This document shows, piece by piece, positions 1-13,523 of a DNA stretch of 64,000 bases. The stretch lies in the NCBI RefSeq assembly GCF_009834535.1, contig NC_045697.1, positions 72,108,001 to 72,172,000 on the forward strand, read 5' to 3'. The notes under the pieces were generated by a model that saw only the letters and a program-made list of their open reading frames with translations, was not told the origin of the DNA and made no database searches. Position 1 is the stretch's first letter; every line of letters begins with the position of its first letter. The translations under genes were made by a program, and so were the position numbers. This stretch comes from Camelus ferus. Its lineage: Eukaryota.

Positions 1-125
1 TTTAATACTTTGTAATAACCTATATTGAAAAAGAATATCTGTGACTAAATCACTATGCTGTACACGAGAAACTATCACAACGTTGTAGTTATACTTTAAA
101 AATAAAAATAACAACAACAAAAAAG
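1..125 (+). mobile_element. L1 3' end with A-rich tail (truncated by the window start)
   Basis: AATCACTATGCTGTACACGAGAAACTATCACAACGTTGTA plus an A-rich tail. It is the reverse-complement homologue of the L1 3' ends at ~2010-2080 and ~51870-51935. Confidence 0.7.
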
Positions 126-1992
126 ACTCAGCAATATATAAAAAGAGTTATATGCCATTAGCAAGTGGGATTTACTCCTGGGATCCAAGTCCACTTTAAT
201 ATTTACAAATCAATCAATGTAATCCACCATATAAAAGACTAAAGAAGAAAAGAAATCATATGAGTATCAATTGATGCAGCAAAAACATTTGGCAAAATTC
301 AATACCCATTTATGATTTAAAAAAAAAAAACTCAGAAAAACAGGAATGGAGGAGAACTTCCTCAGCTTACTAAAAAGCATCAGTAAAAATCTTAGCTACC
401 ATCGCACCTGATGACAGATTGAATGCTTTCCTCCTAAGATCGGGAGCAAGGCAAAGATCCCACTCTCAGCACTTTTATTTAACATACTGTGACAAGTTCT
501 AACTGGCGCAGTAAATTTAGAAAACAAATAAAAGGCATACAGGCCAAAGAGGATGAAATAAAACTGTCCCCATATGCAGGTGACAAGTTTGTTTACATAG
601 AGAATTCCAATGAATCTACAAAGAACTCCTAGAACTAATAAATGAGTTTAGCAAAGTTACAGGATACAAGATATACTTTTTAAAAAAATCAGTTATTTCT
701 ATATACTAACAAGGAACACATGGACACTGAAATTAAAAACATAATACTTTCTACAATTACTCAAAAAAGTGAAATACTTAGGTGTAAATCTAGAAAATTT
801 TTACATGTATGCCTTAACTACAAAATGCTGATGAAACAAAGTAAAGCTAATAAATGGAGAGACACATCATGTTCATGGATTGGAAAACATAGTAAATATG
901 TCAATTCTCCTGAAATTAATATACAAGTTTAATGCAATTCCTATCAAAGTGTCAGCAAAACTGTAGTAGATATAGATCTAATTATTCCAAAATTTAACAG
1001 AAAGACAAAAGAACTAAAATAACAAAAATTAAAGGACAAAAATATTCTAAAAACATATATGGAAAGGCAAAGGAATTAGAATGGTTAAAGCAATTTTGAA
1101 AGAGAAGAATTAAGTGGGAGGAACCATCTACCCAATTTCAAGACGTTTTATAGCTAATGTAATTAAGATTGTGAGCTATTGGCAGCAGGATAAATGCATT
1201 GATCAATGAAAAAGATTAGATAACCCAGGGATAAAATCACAGAAATACGTCCAGCTGATTTTTGACAAAGGTGCGTAAGCAATTCAGTGGAGGAAAGATA
1301 GCTTCTTCAACAAATGGTGCTGGAGCGATTAGACTTCTATAAGCAAAAACTGAGCCTGTCTTAAGTTAAAACTTAACTCAAAATGCATCATGGACTTAAA
1401 TATAAAATGTAAACTCTAAAGCTTTTTTAAAACTAGTAGAAAATCCTTGGGATCTAGAACTAGACCAAGTGGTCTAAGACTTGCAAAAGAACAACCTATG
1501 AAAGGAAAAAGCAATACATTGGACTTGATCAAAATTTAAAACTTTTGCTCTGTAAAAGATTCAGTTAAGAGGATGAAAAAGAAATCAAACTATTGCCTGG
1601 AAAAATATATTTGCAAACCACACAGGCAACAAAGGACAAGTGTCTAGAATATATAAAGAACTCTCAAAATTCTGGCTTTTAGCCAGAATATAAACAAATT
1701 CAAAATTCAATAATAAAAAACAACACAATGAAAATAGAGAAAATACTTGAACATGCATTACATCAAATGAAAAACAAGCATGTGAGAAGATGTACATCAT
1801 TATTAGACTTTAGAGTGATGCAAAGTGAATTACACTGAGATAGCATCATACATACCAATTAGAATGACTAAAATTAAAAAAAAGAGTGTCCATAACAAGT
1901 ATTGCAAGAATATTATTGAACTAAAATTCTCATAAGCTGCTGATGGGAACATAAGTAATGTAGCCTGTTTGGGAGAACAGTTGCAGTTTCTT
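126..1992 (+). mobile_element. Old degenerate LINE-1 (L1M) ORF2 region, 5' part
   Basis: A-rich sequence with decayed L1 ORF2 RT and C-terminal motifs (e.g. translated NKWRDTSCSWIG; TCTTCAACAAATGGTGCTGG) and many stops. Confidence 0.88.
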
Positions 1993-2079
1993 TTTTCACC
2001 CTTTTTTTCATTTTTTTAAATTGAAGTAAAGTTGATTACAGTGTTGTGTTAATTTCAGGTATACAGCAAAGTGATTCAG

Positions 2080-2127
<48 letters not shown>

Positions 2128-3650
2128 TTTAGATTCCTTTCCATTTAGGTTATTACAAGATACTGACTATAGTTCCCTGTGCAATAGAGTAGGTCCTTGT
2201 TTATCTATTTTATACATAGCAGTATGTATCTGTTAATCTCAGACTCCTAAATTATCTCTACCCACCTCTCCCCTTTGGAAACCAGAAGTTTGTTTTCTGT
2301 CTGTGAGTCAATTTCTGTTTTGTAAATAAGTTCATTTGTTTCATCTTTTAGATTCCACTTATAAATGATATCATTATATTTGTCCTTGTCTGACTTACTT
2401 CACTTAGTATGATAATCTCTAAGTCCATCCAAGTTGCTGCAAATGGCATTATCTTATTCTTTTTATGGCTGAGTAATATTCCATTGTGTATATATACCAC
2501 ATCTTCTTTATCCATTCATCTGTTAGTGGACATTTCAGTTGCTTCCATGTCTCAGCTATCGTAAATAGTACTTCCATGAACGTTGGGGGTGCATGTATCT
2601 TTCTGAATTAGAGTTTTCATCTTTTCTGGATATATGCCCAGGAGTGGGATTGCTGGATCATATGGTAAGTCTGTTTTTAGCTTTTTAAGAAACCTCCGTA
2701 CAGTTCTCCATAGTGGTTGTACCAATTTACATTCCAACCAACAGTGTAGGAGCATTCCCTTTTCTCCACACCCTCTCCAGCTTTCATTATTTGTAGACTT
2801 TTTAATGATAGCCATTCTGACCGGTGTGAGGAGATACCTCTTTGTAGTTTTGATTTGTATTTCTCCAATAGTTAGGAATACTGAGTATCTTTTTTCATGT
2901 GCCTGTTGGCCATCTGTATATCTTCTTTTGGAGAAATATCTATTTAGGTCTTCTGCCCATTTTTTGATTGGGTTGTCTAGGTTTTTTTTATATTGAGATG
3001 TATGAGCTGTTCATATATTTTAGAAATTAATCCCTTATCAGTTGTAGCATTGCAAATATTTTCTCCTATTCCGGAAATTGTCTTTTCATTTTGTTTATGG
3101 TTTCCTTTGCTGTGCAAAAGCTTTTAAGTTTAATTAGGTCTCATTTGTTTATTTTTGTTTTTATTTCCATTACTTTAGGAGATGGATCCAAAAAAAAAAA
3201 ATGATTACTGCAATTTATGTCAGACTGTTCTGCCTATGTTTTCCTCTAGGAGTTTTACGGTATCTGGTCTTATGTTTAGGTCTTTAATCCATTTTGAGTT
3301 TATTTTTATATATGGTGTTAGAGAATGTTTTCATTTCAGTCTTTTACATGTAGCTGTCCAGTTTTCCCAGCACCACTTATTGAAGAGACTGTCTTTTCTT
3401 AACTGTATGTTCTTGCCTCCTTTGTTGTAGATTAATTGACCATTAGTGTGTGGGTTTATTTCTGGGTTCTCTATCCAGTTCCGCTGATCCATGTGTCTGT
3501 TTTTGTGCCAGTAACATACTGTTTTGATGACTGTAGCTTTGTAGTATAGTCTGAATTCAGGGAGCCTGATTCCTCCAGCTTTGTTCTTCTTTCTCAGGGT
3601 TGTTTTGGCTATTCAGGGTCTTTTTTTTCCATACGCATTTAAAATTTTTT
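1993..3650 (-). mobile_element. Younger 5'-truncated LINE-1 inserted antisense into the old L1
   Basis: T-rich tail and L1 3'UTR at the left. The minus-strand ORF 2552-2815 translates to the L1 ORF2 C-terminus ([35 protein letters not shown]). Flanked by direct repeats at 1949-1992 and 3651-3696. Confidence 0.93.
2082..2124. repeat. (AC)~21 microsatellite within the L1 3'UTR
   Basis: Perfect dinucleotide run. Confidence 0.97.
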
Positions 3651-4280
3651 ACATAAAATAATATAGCCTGTTTGGGAGAACAGCTTGCAGTTTCTTAAAA
3701 CATTATACAAATGTCAAACATATGCTCCAGCCTTTTCATTCCTGTGTGTTTACCCATGAGAAAAAGACAGCATATATCTATACACACAGTTATACACAAA
3801 TGTTTTAGTAACTTTATTTGCATATTCCCAAACTGGAAATAACCCAAATGTCCATCAACAGAGGAGAGAATAAATAAGTTGTGGTATATTCATATAACAG
3901 AATCCTACTCAACTATAAAAAGAAATGAACTATTGACACACACAAAAACATGGATAAATTTTAAGATAATCATGCTGAATGAAAGAAACCAGATTAAAAA
4001 GAGTACATACTGAATTATCCCATTTTTATAAAACTCTAGGAAATGCAAACCAATCTATAGTCATAGAAACTAGTAGGTGATTAGGAATGGGGGATTGGGA
4101 GTGGGAGACTACAGAGATCATGGAGAAATGTTTGGCAGTGAAGTATATGGTCACTATCTTGATTGTGGTGCTGATTGCATAGTGTATACATATGTCAAAA
4201 TGTATCAAATTATACACTTTAAATATATGTGGTTTATCATATGCCAATTGTAAATCAATAAAGCCATTAAAAAAGAAATA
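3651..4280 (+). mobile_element. Old L1M, ORF2 end and 3'UTR (continuation of 126-1992)
   Basis: CCCAAACTGGAAATAACCCAAATGTCCATCAACAG...ATAAGTTGTGGTATATTCATA is typical of L1M 3' ends. Ends in AATAAA and an A-rich tail. Confidence 0.85.
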
Positions 4281-5007
4281 TTTGAATTACCCAATTCTGG
4301 CCAATACGAATTAAAGAAAAAGTCACTGAAAGTTTCTGGGAAAATTCTGATCTTAAAAGAGCCATAAGAATATCTTTCTCTTTCTCTCTTTCCTTCCGCA
4401 CCCACCCCCCACCAATGTCTCAATGTGAAAAAGTAAGTATGTTGTCCATGTTATAGCTGGAAGCCATCTTTTGACCAAGAAGAATGTCAGCGGGAGGAAA
4501 CCGCTAACACAAAGACAGAAAAGCAGAAACAAATGCCTCTGAAAAGAACAGACCCGAAGTCCCGATTGCATTGACTCTGAAGTCCTCTTTATCTAAGGAT
4601 TTTCAACTACATAACCTAATAATATTCCATAATAGGTAAATCATTTTTAGTCAGGATTCTACACCTTGCAGTGAAAAACATCTTAGCCAAAATAAGTGTA
4701 TTAACCATATGAACAACTTATAATATGTGATCAGATGGAATTCTATTTCTGGTATTTAATTAAATCACATATATACATTTTTAAAACCCTCATCTATATA
4801 TATCAAATATCTTATGTAAGGCTTATAGGTCCTACAATATTGGAGATATCAGCTGTTTGTATCCTTGCATCATACCTTGTCCTCCTTTTGATAACAGCAC
4901 TCCATAGCAAACCATCTCTCTGCCATTCTTTCATGTCTTTCAGGTGAAACAGACCCTCCCTGTCACTAACAGCAGACACATGATTTAAAGGACATTATGA
5001 AATGGCT

Positions 5008-5089
5008 GGGTATAGCTCTGTGTTAGAGCGTGTGCTTGTATGAGTTCCTGGGTTCAATCCCCAATACCGTCATTCAAAACAAAAACAAC
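5008..5089 (+). mobile_element. tRNA-derived SINE (camelid Vic-1-like), degenerate
   Basis: GGGTATAGCTCTGTGTTAGAG (A box), GGTTCAATCCCC (B box) and an A-rich tail. Possible TSD AAAGGACATT/AAAGGGCATT. Confidence 0.75.
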
Positions 5090-5949
5090 AAAGGGCATTG
5101 CAAGGAAGATGGGCAACTTCGCCTCCCAACCTCCTTTCTCAACTACTTCTCCAAACAAGAAAAAGTTGGAGCAGGCCATGGGAGCACCTGGATAGGGTTC
5201 TTAAGGTCACAGTCTCCAGAATCTCTGAGAGGAAAGACACGCTCTCATTCTCCTTTGTTCTGGGCATTCCTGAACCAAAGTTCTGAATGTCAAGGTTCCC
5301 AGTACTAGGAAAGACAGTACTAGGAAACCTATGAATCCCTTTAGGAAAGAGCTACATGACTTGTTTATGTGTTTGTTTGTTTGCTTTTGTGAGGGTTAAA
5401 TTAATCCAGCTGATGACAAATAACAAGGAGGAGACCTGCACCCATGAGATGAGTTGCTCCTAGCTCCTGAGGCTGGGAAAGAGTCCTTGCTTGTACCCAG
5501 GGAGATCTGGGAGAAGAGAGACTTCCTTCCAAAGCCTCAGCTAGGTGTTGACAGATTGCCAGTTGGTTTACCACAAGCCCACAAGAGCAGAAACTTGCCC
5601 CCTTGCAGATTGCCACTGCACAAGAGAGCCTAATTACTTGACCTGTAATTATAGGTCAGTGCATGCAGAGCCTGAGGTCTGAGCAGGAAGTGGAAAATAA
5701 GATCTTGCCCTAGTAATACCAGCAAGCCTGAGAGGAAAGCCAAGACAAAACTGCCAGCAGGTGTTTCATTGAAATAGAACTGTTGGAAGAGTCATATGAA
5801 AACTTTTTTTAAGTAATAAATTATTCAAGAAGATAGAATTAAAGGTTAAAGGATTAATAGTTATATATATGATAGATGATATAAGTGGAGGAGAAAATCA
5901 TCTTAAAGTATGTAATAACTTCATGTGTTTCTCACAGTGTGCTGTTGCT

Positions 5950-6960
5950 GATTGAAATAACTATAATGAGATAAGTGATAGAAATAACTGATTGAAATGC
6001 TGGATAACATTTTAAAAATCAATACATTGGTGAGGTTGCATGAAAGTCAAGAATTCACGTATTCTCAAAACAGAAAGCAGGAGGGAGCAGCTGAGAAATT
6101 GCCTGTCTAGTCCTAGACACTGTGTAAGAAAGAGGAAATTCTCTTCTGAGAAATCATAACCATTCACAATAAATATGGCTGGTGGTCAAGAACACTTGAG
6201 AAGGGAATTTAATTTAAAGTGTTTCCATGGTATTACTGCACCCAGAGTACAGCCAAAAAGAAATGAACATTCTTTGGATTATTCAACTTCAACCTAAACT
6301 TCAAAGAATTTATAAAGTTTCAAGAAATACAGTTTATTATCTTAAACTCAGCTGATCTATCAAATAGCATATGAGATGGAATTGAAGAGAGAATCTGTGA
6401 ACTCAAAGATAAGCTTAAAGAAATTATCTAGAATACAAAGAGATAACAGGATATTAAGAGCTATAGAAGTTAGAGTAATAAGATGTAACACATGCCTGAT
6501 TAAAATCCCAGAAAGACTAGAGAAAATGGAGGAGAAACAATGTTGGAAAAGATAATGGACCCAGAATTTTCCAGAATTATTGAAAGATATTAAATCCTGA
6601 GATCCACGAAGCCCTATTTTAAAACAAACAATAAAATCCAAGTGGGGTATATTGAAGTAGACCACATCTACATTTGTCACAAGGAAACTGAAAAAAAAAA
6701 AAAAAGGAATCAGAAAGGCAGCAAGTAGGCTGATCTAGGCAAACTGATTAAAAGCAACAATGAAAATTAAAGACAATGGAATAAAATCTTTTATGTGTAC
6801 AGAAAAAGTAACTCCTAATCTAGAATTACATATTCAATGGAACAGTCTCTTAAGAAAAGGACAAAACAGACATACTTACAACCAAATGATACTAAAGGAA
6901 TTTCTGAACTATAAGATTTGCTACTGGAATAAGCCAGATTACACAATAAAAAAAAAAGTG
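5950..6960 (+). mobile_element. Ancient L1/HAL1-like ORF1-region relic
   Basis: A-rich decayed sequence including GAAAAGATAATGGACCCAGAATTTTCCAGAATTATTGAAAGA, which resembles the ORF1p 'I..ENFP.L' segment. Confidence 0.55.
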
Positions 6961-6974
6961 ACTAGAATTAACAG

Positions 6975-7061
6975 TGATACTAATTTAGATATAATGATAC
7001 TTAGATACTAACTTAGATATAACTTAGATATAATGATACTAACTTAGATATAAGATATAAT
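6975..7061. repeat. Degenerate AT-rich minisatellite (ACTTAGATATA / TGATACTA units)
   Basis: Repeated and shuffled TTAGATATA and TGATACT units, read directly. Confidence 0.85.
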
Positions 7062-7400
7062 GGACTAGTGTTGCTATTTCATAAGGTGAGCAGAAACTTG
7101 AAGGAAGTGAAGGAGTGAACCATATGCATATCCCAAGGGTGTCCGAGCATGAAAACTGCACGTGCATGAGCTCTGGGGCACCAGGGTGTCTGTGTGAGGT
7201 GTTCAAGGAGCAGCAAGGAGAACTTTCCTGGAGCAGAGAGAGTAGCCAGCAGAGTGGTGGTAGATGAAATCTGAGTCAGCAGACAGCTAGACTAGGAAGG
7301 GCCTCTTTTGATCATTGTAAGGAATTTGGTATTTGTGCTGAGTGACCACGGAAGCCAGTGGAAGACTTTGAGCTGAAAAGTGACTTGGTCTGATTAGGTA
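7062..7400 (-). mobile_element. L2 fragment
   Basis: GAAGGAAGTGAAGGAGTGAACCATATGCATATC...TGTTCAAGGAGCAGCAAGGAG...GGAAGCCAGTGGAAGACTTTGAGC resembles L2 3' consensus. Confidence 0.6.
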
Positions 7401-9024
7401 CATAAAATGCTTTAGAAGTAATTTAGGTTCAAATCACCAAAAATTGTTCTTCCATGGACTACTGTAAACTGGTAGTTAGAAGACCTTCTACTGATCATTT
7501 GATATAAGAATAGAATTTAAAATGGAGTAAATAGCACCCATGTTCTTTAGGGTAGACTCTCTTCCCTGCTTATAATTTCCATCTAATAGGCTGTTAAAAG
7601 GAACTGGATCACTGAGTATGTATGGCCACACTCTGTGATAAAAGGACTGCAATGTGTTCTCTATAGCACCTCCATCGGATAAAGATGTTTCCAGGCGTGA
7701 TACCATTCTCTGCCCCACGGCCTCTCTTTGTCCCTGTCAGGTTGGATTAGCTACAGAATGAAGCTGCATGCACCACTAGAAACTGACCACTAAATTTCCT
7801 TTTTAAAATAATAGTTATTGTGAATTTGCATTCTGCTCTGGATACTCTCCACTTGTCTCCATCCTGCTCTGTGCTTCTGGCTCCTAGTGGAGTCCTCTCA
7901 ATGAGAAACACTAGAGATGTGAATGATGGAGGGAGAGGCGGGGTAATGTATTCTACCGGCTCCCTCCATGCCAAGTGGCGACTTGTCCATGGCTAGTTTC
8001 TCCAGTGACGTGGCTCGCTCTTTTCTAAAGCTGCCCTCCTACAGCTACAAGCTCTTTCCTGGTTCGGGGCACCGCTCTCCCTCCTTGCCTTTCCAGGTCT
8101 AGGAGTGGTAAAGGCTTCCTGTTCCTGTCATCTCTGGGATGCTCTGCTATCTCTCATTGATTTCCCTTAACTCTGCTCCCACCCCTGAAAATGATTCCTT
8201 CATCAGAGTCTTGGTAATGACTCTGTCCACAAAGAATGATACACAGAAATTTACCTAGTTATATTTAATCAACCTTACTTATCACTTTATATACTTTACT
8301 TTTTTATTAATTTTTTGACATTACATTTTGAAATTTTCACATTTTTTAACTTAAAATTAATTACACACTGACTTAACAACCATTTACTCAGGATCATACA
8401 ATCCAATCCAATGAGCTAAGTACAATGGCCCAGGAGCTAGAGGAGCAAATAAGGGGGGGATCTCAGGCAACTTTGGGGAAAACACTCCACTGAGAAGGTG
8501 AGTAGGACTTGGCCACCTCACAGCCTAGGGCAGCCCCTATCTGCTCAAGAACTGTGGGTCTCACCACACTACAGCTTCAAATCCACCAGGGTTGGCCGCT
8601 CACACAGTCACTCCAGACGCTATTCAGGGCCCCCACTTCAGCAGATCTAATGGCATCTCCCTGCAGTTGCGTGGGCTGTGGACCTGCACGCACACACGCA
8701 CATATACACACACTCAGAAAAGGTTAGCTGTTAAGACTGTAAGTGCTGCTCAAACAAGTTCTTTACATGGAATGAGTGTAATTCCAAAGTAGACTGAATC
8801 TGAAGTTTTCAAAAATTGTTAAAACAGTGAAATCACCAACAGGTAAGCAGCTTTATTTGAATTTGCACTTCAACAAGCTCTGATAATTTTTTTTTAAAAG
8901 TCTTGCTGCCAATATGATGAACGGAGATCTATTATAATGAGTATTATTATGATGATTTCTCTCAGATTGCTATAAAAGCTTGTCAGGAGATATATGTATG
9001 CAAAGGCATATTTATCCTATTAAA

Positions 9025-9077
9025 GATATATGTAGATATAGATATAGATGTAGATATAGATATAGATAGATATATAG
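9025..9077. repeat. (TAGATA)n low-complexity repeat
   Basis: Read directly from the sequence. Confidence 0.85.
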
Positions 9078-9219
9078 GCATCAGACCATCACTTATGGAT
9101 AGATTTGATAGTGAGACATAGAATCTTTTGGAAGACAGAAACCCCCTCCATAAAAGCAAGTAATTGGCAGCTGTCTCAAATCAGCCAGTCTGATTTCACT
9201 CAAACCAATTTTGTTGGTT

Positions 9220-9312
9220 TCGCACCCTTGTTTACTGGGAACTGAGGGTTTCCTGGCCAAACTGTTTTCTGTGCTGAAAACCAAGATGGGCAAACCGGGG
9301 TGAGCTGTTCCT
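9220..9312. mobile_element. hAT-Blackjack MITE relic (MER94/MER81-like)
   Basis: GGGAACTGAGGGTTTCCTGG...TGTGCTGAAAACCAAG...GGGCAAACCGGGGTGAG resembles the recalled consensus. Confidence 0.5.
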
Positions 9313-9354
9313 CTCTCTCTCCATGTCTTCATGCAAATCAACAGAAGATATTTC

Positions 9355-9747
9355 TGCTAAGGGCTGAATTGTGTCCCCCACCCAACAATTTATATATTGA
9401 AATCTTAACCCCCAGTAGCTCAGAATGTGACTGTGTTTGGTGATAGAGTCTTTAAAGAGCTAATTAAGTTAAAATGAGGTCTTTGGGGCAGGCCCTAATC
9501 CAGTATGACTGGTGTCCTTGTAGGGAGAGGAGAGGAGGACACGGACACACTGAGGGACCCACATGAAGACACCGGGGGAAGACAGTCATCTATACACCAA
9601 GGAGAGAGGCCTCAGAAAGAACCAACCCAGCTGACAAGTCATTCTTGGACTTGTAGCCTCTAGAATCATGAGAAAAATTAATTCCCGTTGGTGAGGCAGC
9701 CCAGCCGTATTGGCATTTTGTTATGGCAGCCCTAACAAACAAGTACA
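9355..9747 (+). mobile_element. MaLR solo LTR (MLT1A/B-like)
   Basis: TG...CA ends, GGCTGAATTGTGTCCCCC start and TTTGTTATGGCAGCCCTAACAAAC end. Confidence 0.85.
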
Positions 9748-10974
9748 TTCTCTAATAGTTATTTTTGGTTTGTGCATTTCTGCTGCTGATGAGAGCATAA
9801 TCTCTTCTTTCTGAGCAAGACCCTTCACTTGCTGTCCTCACTGTTCCCACGGGAAGACCTGTCCGGCAATTGCTTCACCTAGACCATGACCTCCACACAT
9901 CCCACTTCCCTTTTCTTCTGGCACCTGGCTCCTTCATTCATCCTCTTTCTTTTATTCAGTCTATAACTTATTAAGCTATTTCTCTGCCCTTCCAAACTTC
10001 CTGTAACCCTGGCATTCCATAAATGTTAGTCAAATAAATGAAGAATGACATTAACCTCTTTCCTTCCTTCCTTCCTTCTTCTCACTCCAAACTCTTTTGC
10101 ATTTACTGCCTTCCCGTCTCCATTTCCCACTCAGTTGCCAGCCCCCTGTAACCTGGTTCTTGGCTCTCATTATATTTAAACTACTCTATAAAATAGCCTA
10201 GGGCCACAGCCACTGGTAGCAGTGCCATTTTGAGAATTAATCAAGTTCCCTTTTCTTCTGAATAGAGTGAGCAGGGTGAACAGAGTACAAAGTCGTTTCT
10301 TTCCTTAGCTGCACACCCATCCCCTGCAGCCTTGCTTGGGTTTTCATAATTCCCCAATTCAACTGCTTCTTCTCATTCTGACCTTTTAGGAACTGTTTGC
10401 AGTTTTTGTCTCTGTTGACCACTCTGACCCTCGAAACTCTCTCTTTGGTTTTCCAAGCCTTCTTTCTACCTCTGATGTCACCTCAGCAGTCTTTAAGCAA
10501 TTCTGTCTCTCTCTTACCTCCCCTGCTATACACACACACACACTATCCAAGAAATAGCTATTCATCAAATTTCTGTTCTTATTTCTATTCTTTTCCAACT
10601 GTCTTTGGTCACTAATGTTTTAGAAACGCTGTCATGACAACTACCACATCTTTGCATTCATCTCTTGATTTAGATCTCCAGTCCCATGTCTTTCCCAGCA
10701 TCAGGCTTGAATTTCCAGTTGAACATTAGTCACTTCCAAATGATATCATTGAGCCTATCACACTTAACATGTCTAAAGCTGAATGCATCCTATTTCCACA
10801 GGTTCCTTCGCAGTGAGGGTGTTACCGTTCTGATTTCCCAATCTAGAAAACCTCAGAGCCATCTCTCACTCTTCCTCTCACTCAAGCGGCATATATTATC
10901 TGTAAGTGTGTCCTGTTGACCTTATCTCCTAAAAATCTCATCTCCTTCTCTTGTTCACTTTGTTGGATAAGTAG

Positions 10975-11185
10975 TTTAGTCTAGTGATTAAGAATATGGA
11001 CACTGGAGGCAAATCACCCGGGTTCAAATCCTGGTTCCCCTACTACTCACTAGTGATGAAACCTTAGAAAAATTATTTGACATCTCATCTGTAAAAATGG
11101 GGGCAAATAACAACCTATCTTATTTGACTGAGAGTTAAATAAGTTAATACATGTGTAGCAATTATTAATTGTGTGCCCACTCAAC
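10975..11185 (+). mobile_element. MIR SINE
   Basis: GGGTTCAAATCCTGGTTCCCCTACT...TCTCATCTGTAAAAATGGGG MIR core. Confidence 0.75.
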
Positions 11186-11239
11186 CTATTTTTTCCTCCT
11201 AAACACCCAGCAAAACTGGATTTCCTGGGTCCCTTGCAT

Positions 11240-11560
11240 CTAAGTAGGACCATGGGAGTGGAAGTGTGTCACTGTCAGTCAAAGACAGTTGAAAAAAGAC
11301 ATACATTTTCTATGCGCCCTCTCTTCCTTTTCTGAGACAGCACTGAAAGCAACACATGATGATGATGGTGTTAAATGATGGAATGATTTCGAACCGCTGA
11401 GTTACCACCTGGAGGGGAGCTGCCCAGGTGTGCCACCACCTAGGAGCTTCCACAGTGGATTTCATGTGAGAGAGAAGTGAACTTTTGAACTTTGATTGTG
11501 TTAAATCACAGAGATTTAGGTTTTAAAAAAAATAGCTGCTATGTTTATTTCTTCCAACCG
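11240..11560. mobile_element. Old MaLR LTR fragment (MLT1J-like)
   Basis: GAGTTACCACCTGGAGGGGAGCTGCCCAGG...TGTGTTAAATCACAGAGATTTAGG resembles MLT1J-type LTRs. Confidence 0.5.
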
Positions 11561-13523
11561 TCACATAAATACCTAGGAAGCAATGCCACAAATAGTTAAG
11601 TACCTGATAAATGATAGAGATGACTATTTGTACTGCTGTTATATTAGGTTAAGTCCAAATCATCTTTTATGGTGATTAGATCTTGTCTTAGATTATGAGA
11701 AGATCACATAAAATATGAACTCTTCCTAGCCTGAGTAGTTCATTTACTTAAAATATATTTTGCTATAAAAGTCTTTGTTTTGCCCAGTTATATTGCTGGA
11801 AAATTGCAGAATGATTATTGCATAGAAGCAGCAAAAGACTATTAGTTTGTGGTTCCCATAAAGAGGAAAAACAATACTCCATTCCTTCTTACTGCCTCAA
11901 AGGAAAGGATAAATAATGCTAGGACTTTGACACCTTCCACAAATTGCAACTTCTCTCCCACCACCTGCATCTTAGCCTCTGGAAAGTAGATGTCAAGTTG
12001 ACTTGGGTCCAAATCCTGGCTCTCCCATACCGCTTTTTCCTGAGTCTCTCCATAGAAAATACTTTTGTGGCCAATTCTTTGGTGAAACAATATGTACACA
12101 ATATTTTAAGAAAAAATAATTAATTTTTAAACATTTCTTTACTATTTATTAAACATATTTTAAGTGTTGTGAATGTGCTTTAGAGAGGTGATATTAGACC
12201 AAAAAAAAAAAAGTTGACAGGTGGGTATCTGGGAAAAAGCTAGATTTTTTTTTACATTAATTATTACAACACACAATTCCACGTCCTGAGTCTTTTTGTT
12301 AAAAACTGTGTTTTAAAACCAGATCTCATGTTTTTTAAGTCTCACTTCCCCTCATTCCTTTTCTTTCTCCTGATCAATTCACCACCACTATTCTGACATC
12401 CACCAAATGCTATTTTCTTCATTAAGTTGTTCTTCTGAGAAACAACATTATTAAAATAATTACCAACATAAATGTGAGTTTTCGGAGCACCTAGCACATT
12501 GGTCAGTACAGATATTATCCCATTTGACCCTTACCATACCACTGTTAGGTGGGCATAATTATCATCCTACCTTACAGATGAGAAAAAGGAGGCTTGGGAC
12601 AATTATGCATCAAGATCACAAACTACTCAAGGCAGAACAAGAATGAATTATCTTCTGTGAAGGGTATAATTAGGTACTGGTTTCAAATCTGAAGGTAGCA
12701 CTTGATTCCATAGCCCAAGAGCTTAACCATCAGGCAGTACTGTATCTCTCCCTACCTACGCCTGAGTATTTGACTATACCTCCGTGAATGCATTTACCAC
12801 ACTCTGCCTAGTACTATAATCACATGCACTTCTTTGTATTTAGTGAACTCTTTGAAGGCAGTGATGTTAGCGTATAAATATCCATTTGAACCGATAGAAA
12901 AGATGTTAGTATCTCTAAGACCAGTGAAATTCTTCCTTTAAATTTACTGATGTCTCTTCATTTCAGTGTATCTCCATTGCCATGGGAATAAAATTCTGGA
13001 TTCTCTAATCTTAAAAGGAAGATGATTTCTTTGCCCTCTGTTGTTGGATGTACTTGTGGTGGTATAATCCTTTGAACAAACCACTTTCATCCTGGCTCTT
13101 ATATGAGGTATCATCCTTCCTGGCTTTATTTTTTTTTTTCTCTTGTAACCAATATAAAGGCTAACTGAGTGCTTTCTCAATAAGACCTGCTAACTGTGCA
13201 AGCACAGGACAGAACATAGCAAGCCCTTTAATAGAGGTGTGATGAAATACTTTACCATCAGTAGGGAGAGAGGCCTCCACAAGGGTGAGTGTCCACCCCA
13301 GTGCAAGCATTTATGTCCCCTAAGCCTATGAGGAAATTAATTTCAAGTCCTTATTGTTAGAGTGACTGTTTATATTTGCATAGGCCTTTTACATTCTTTA
13401 GCTTCCCTTTGTCTCTAGAACTTTGTGATGTAGAGTTTTTATAATGTAACATATGTTATTGTTGTATATATGTATATTTAGATGATAAAGTACATATGTC
13501 TGTTGCATGTGTATTAATATCCA

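Noticed and set aside
2552..3430. ORFs of 63-120 aa
   Set aside because: Fragments or antisense frames of a truncated L1 ORF2, not genes.
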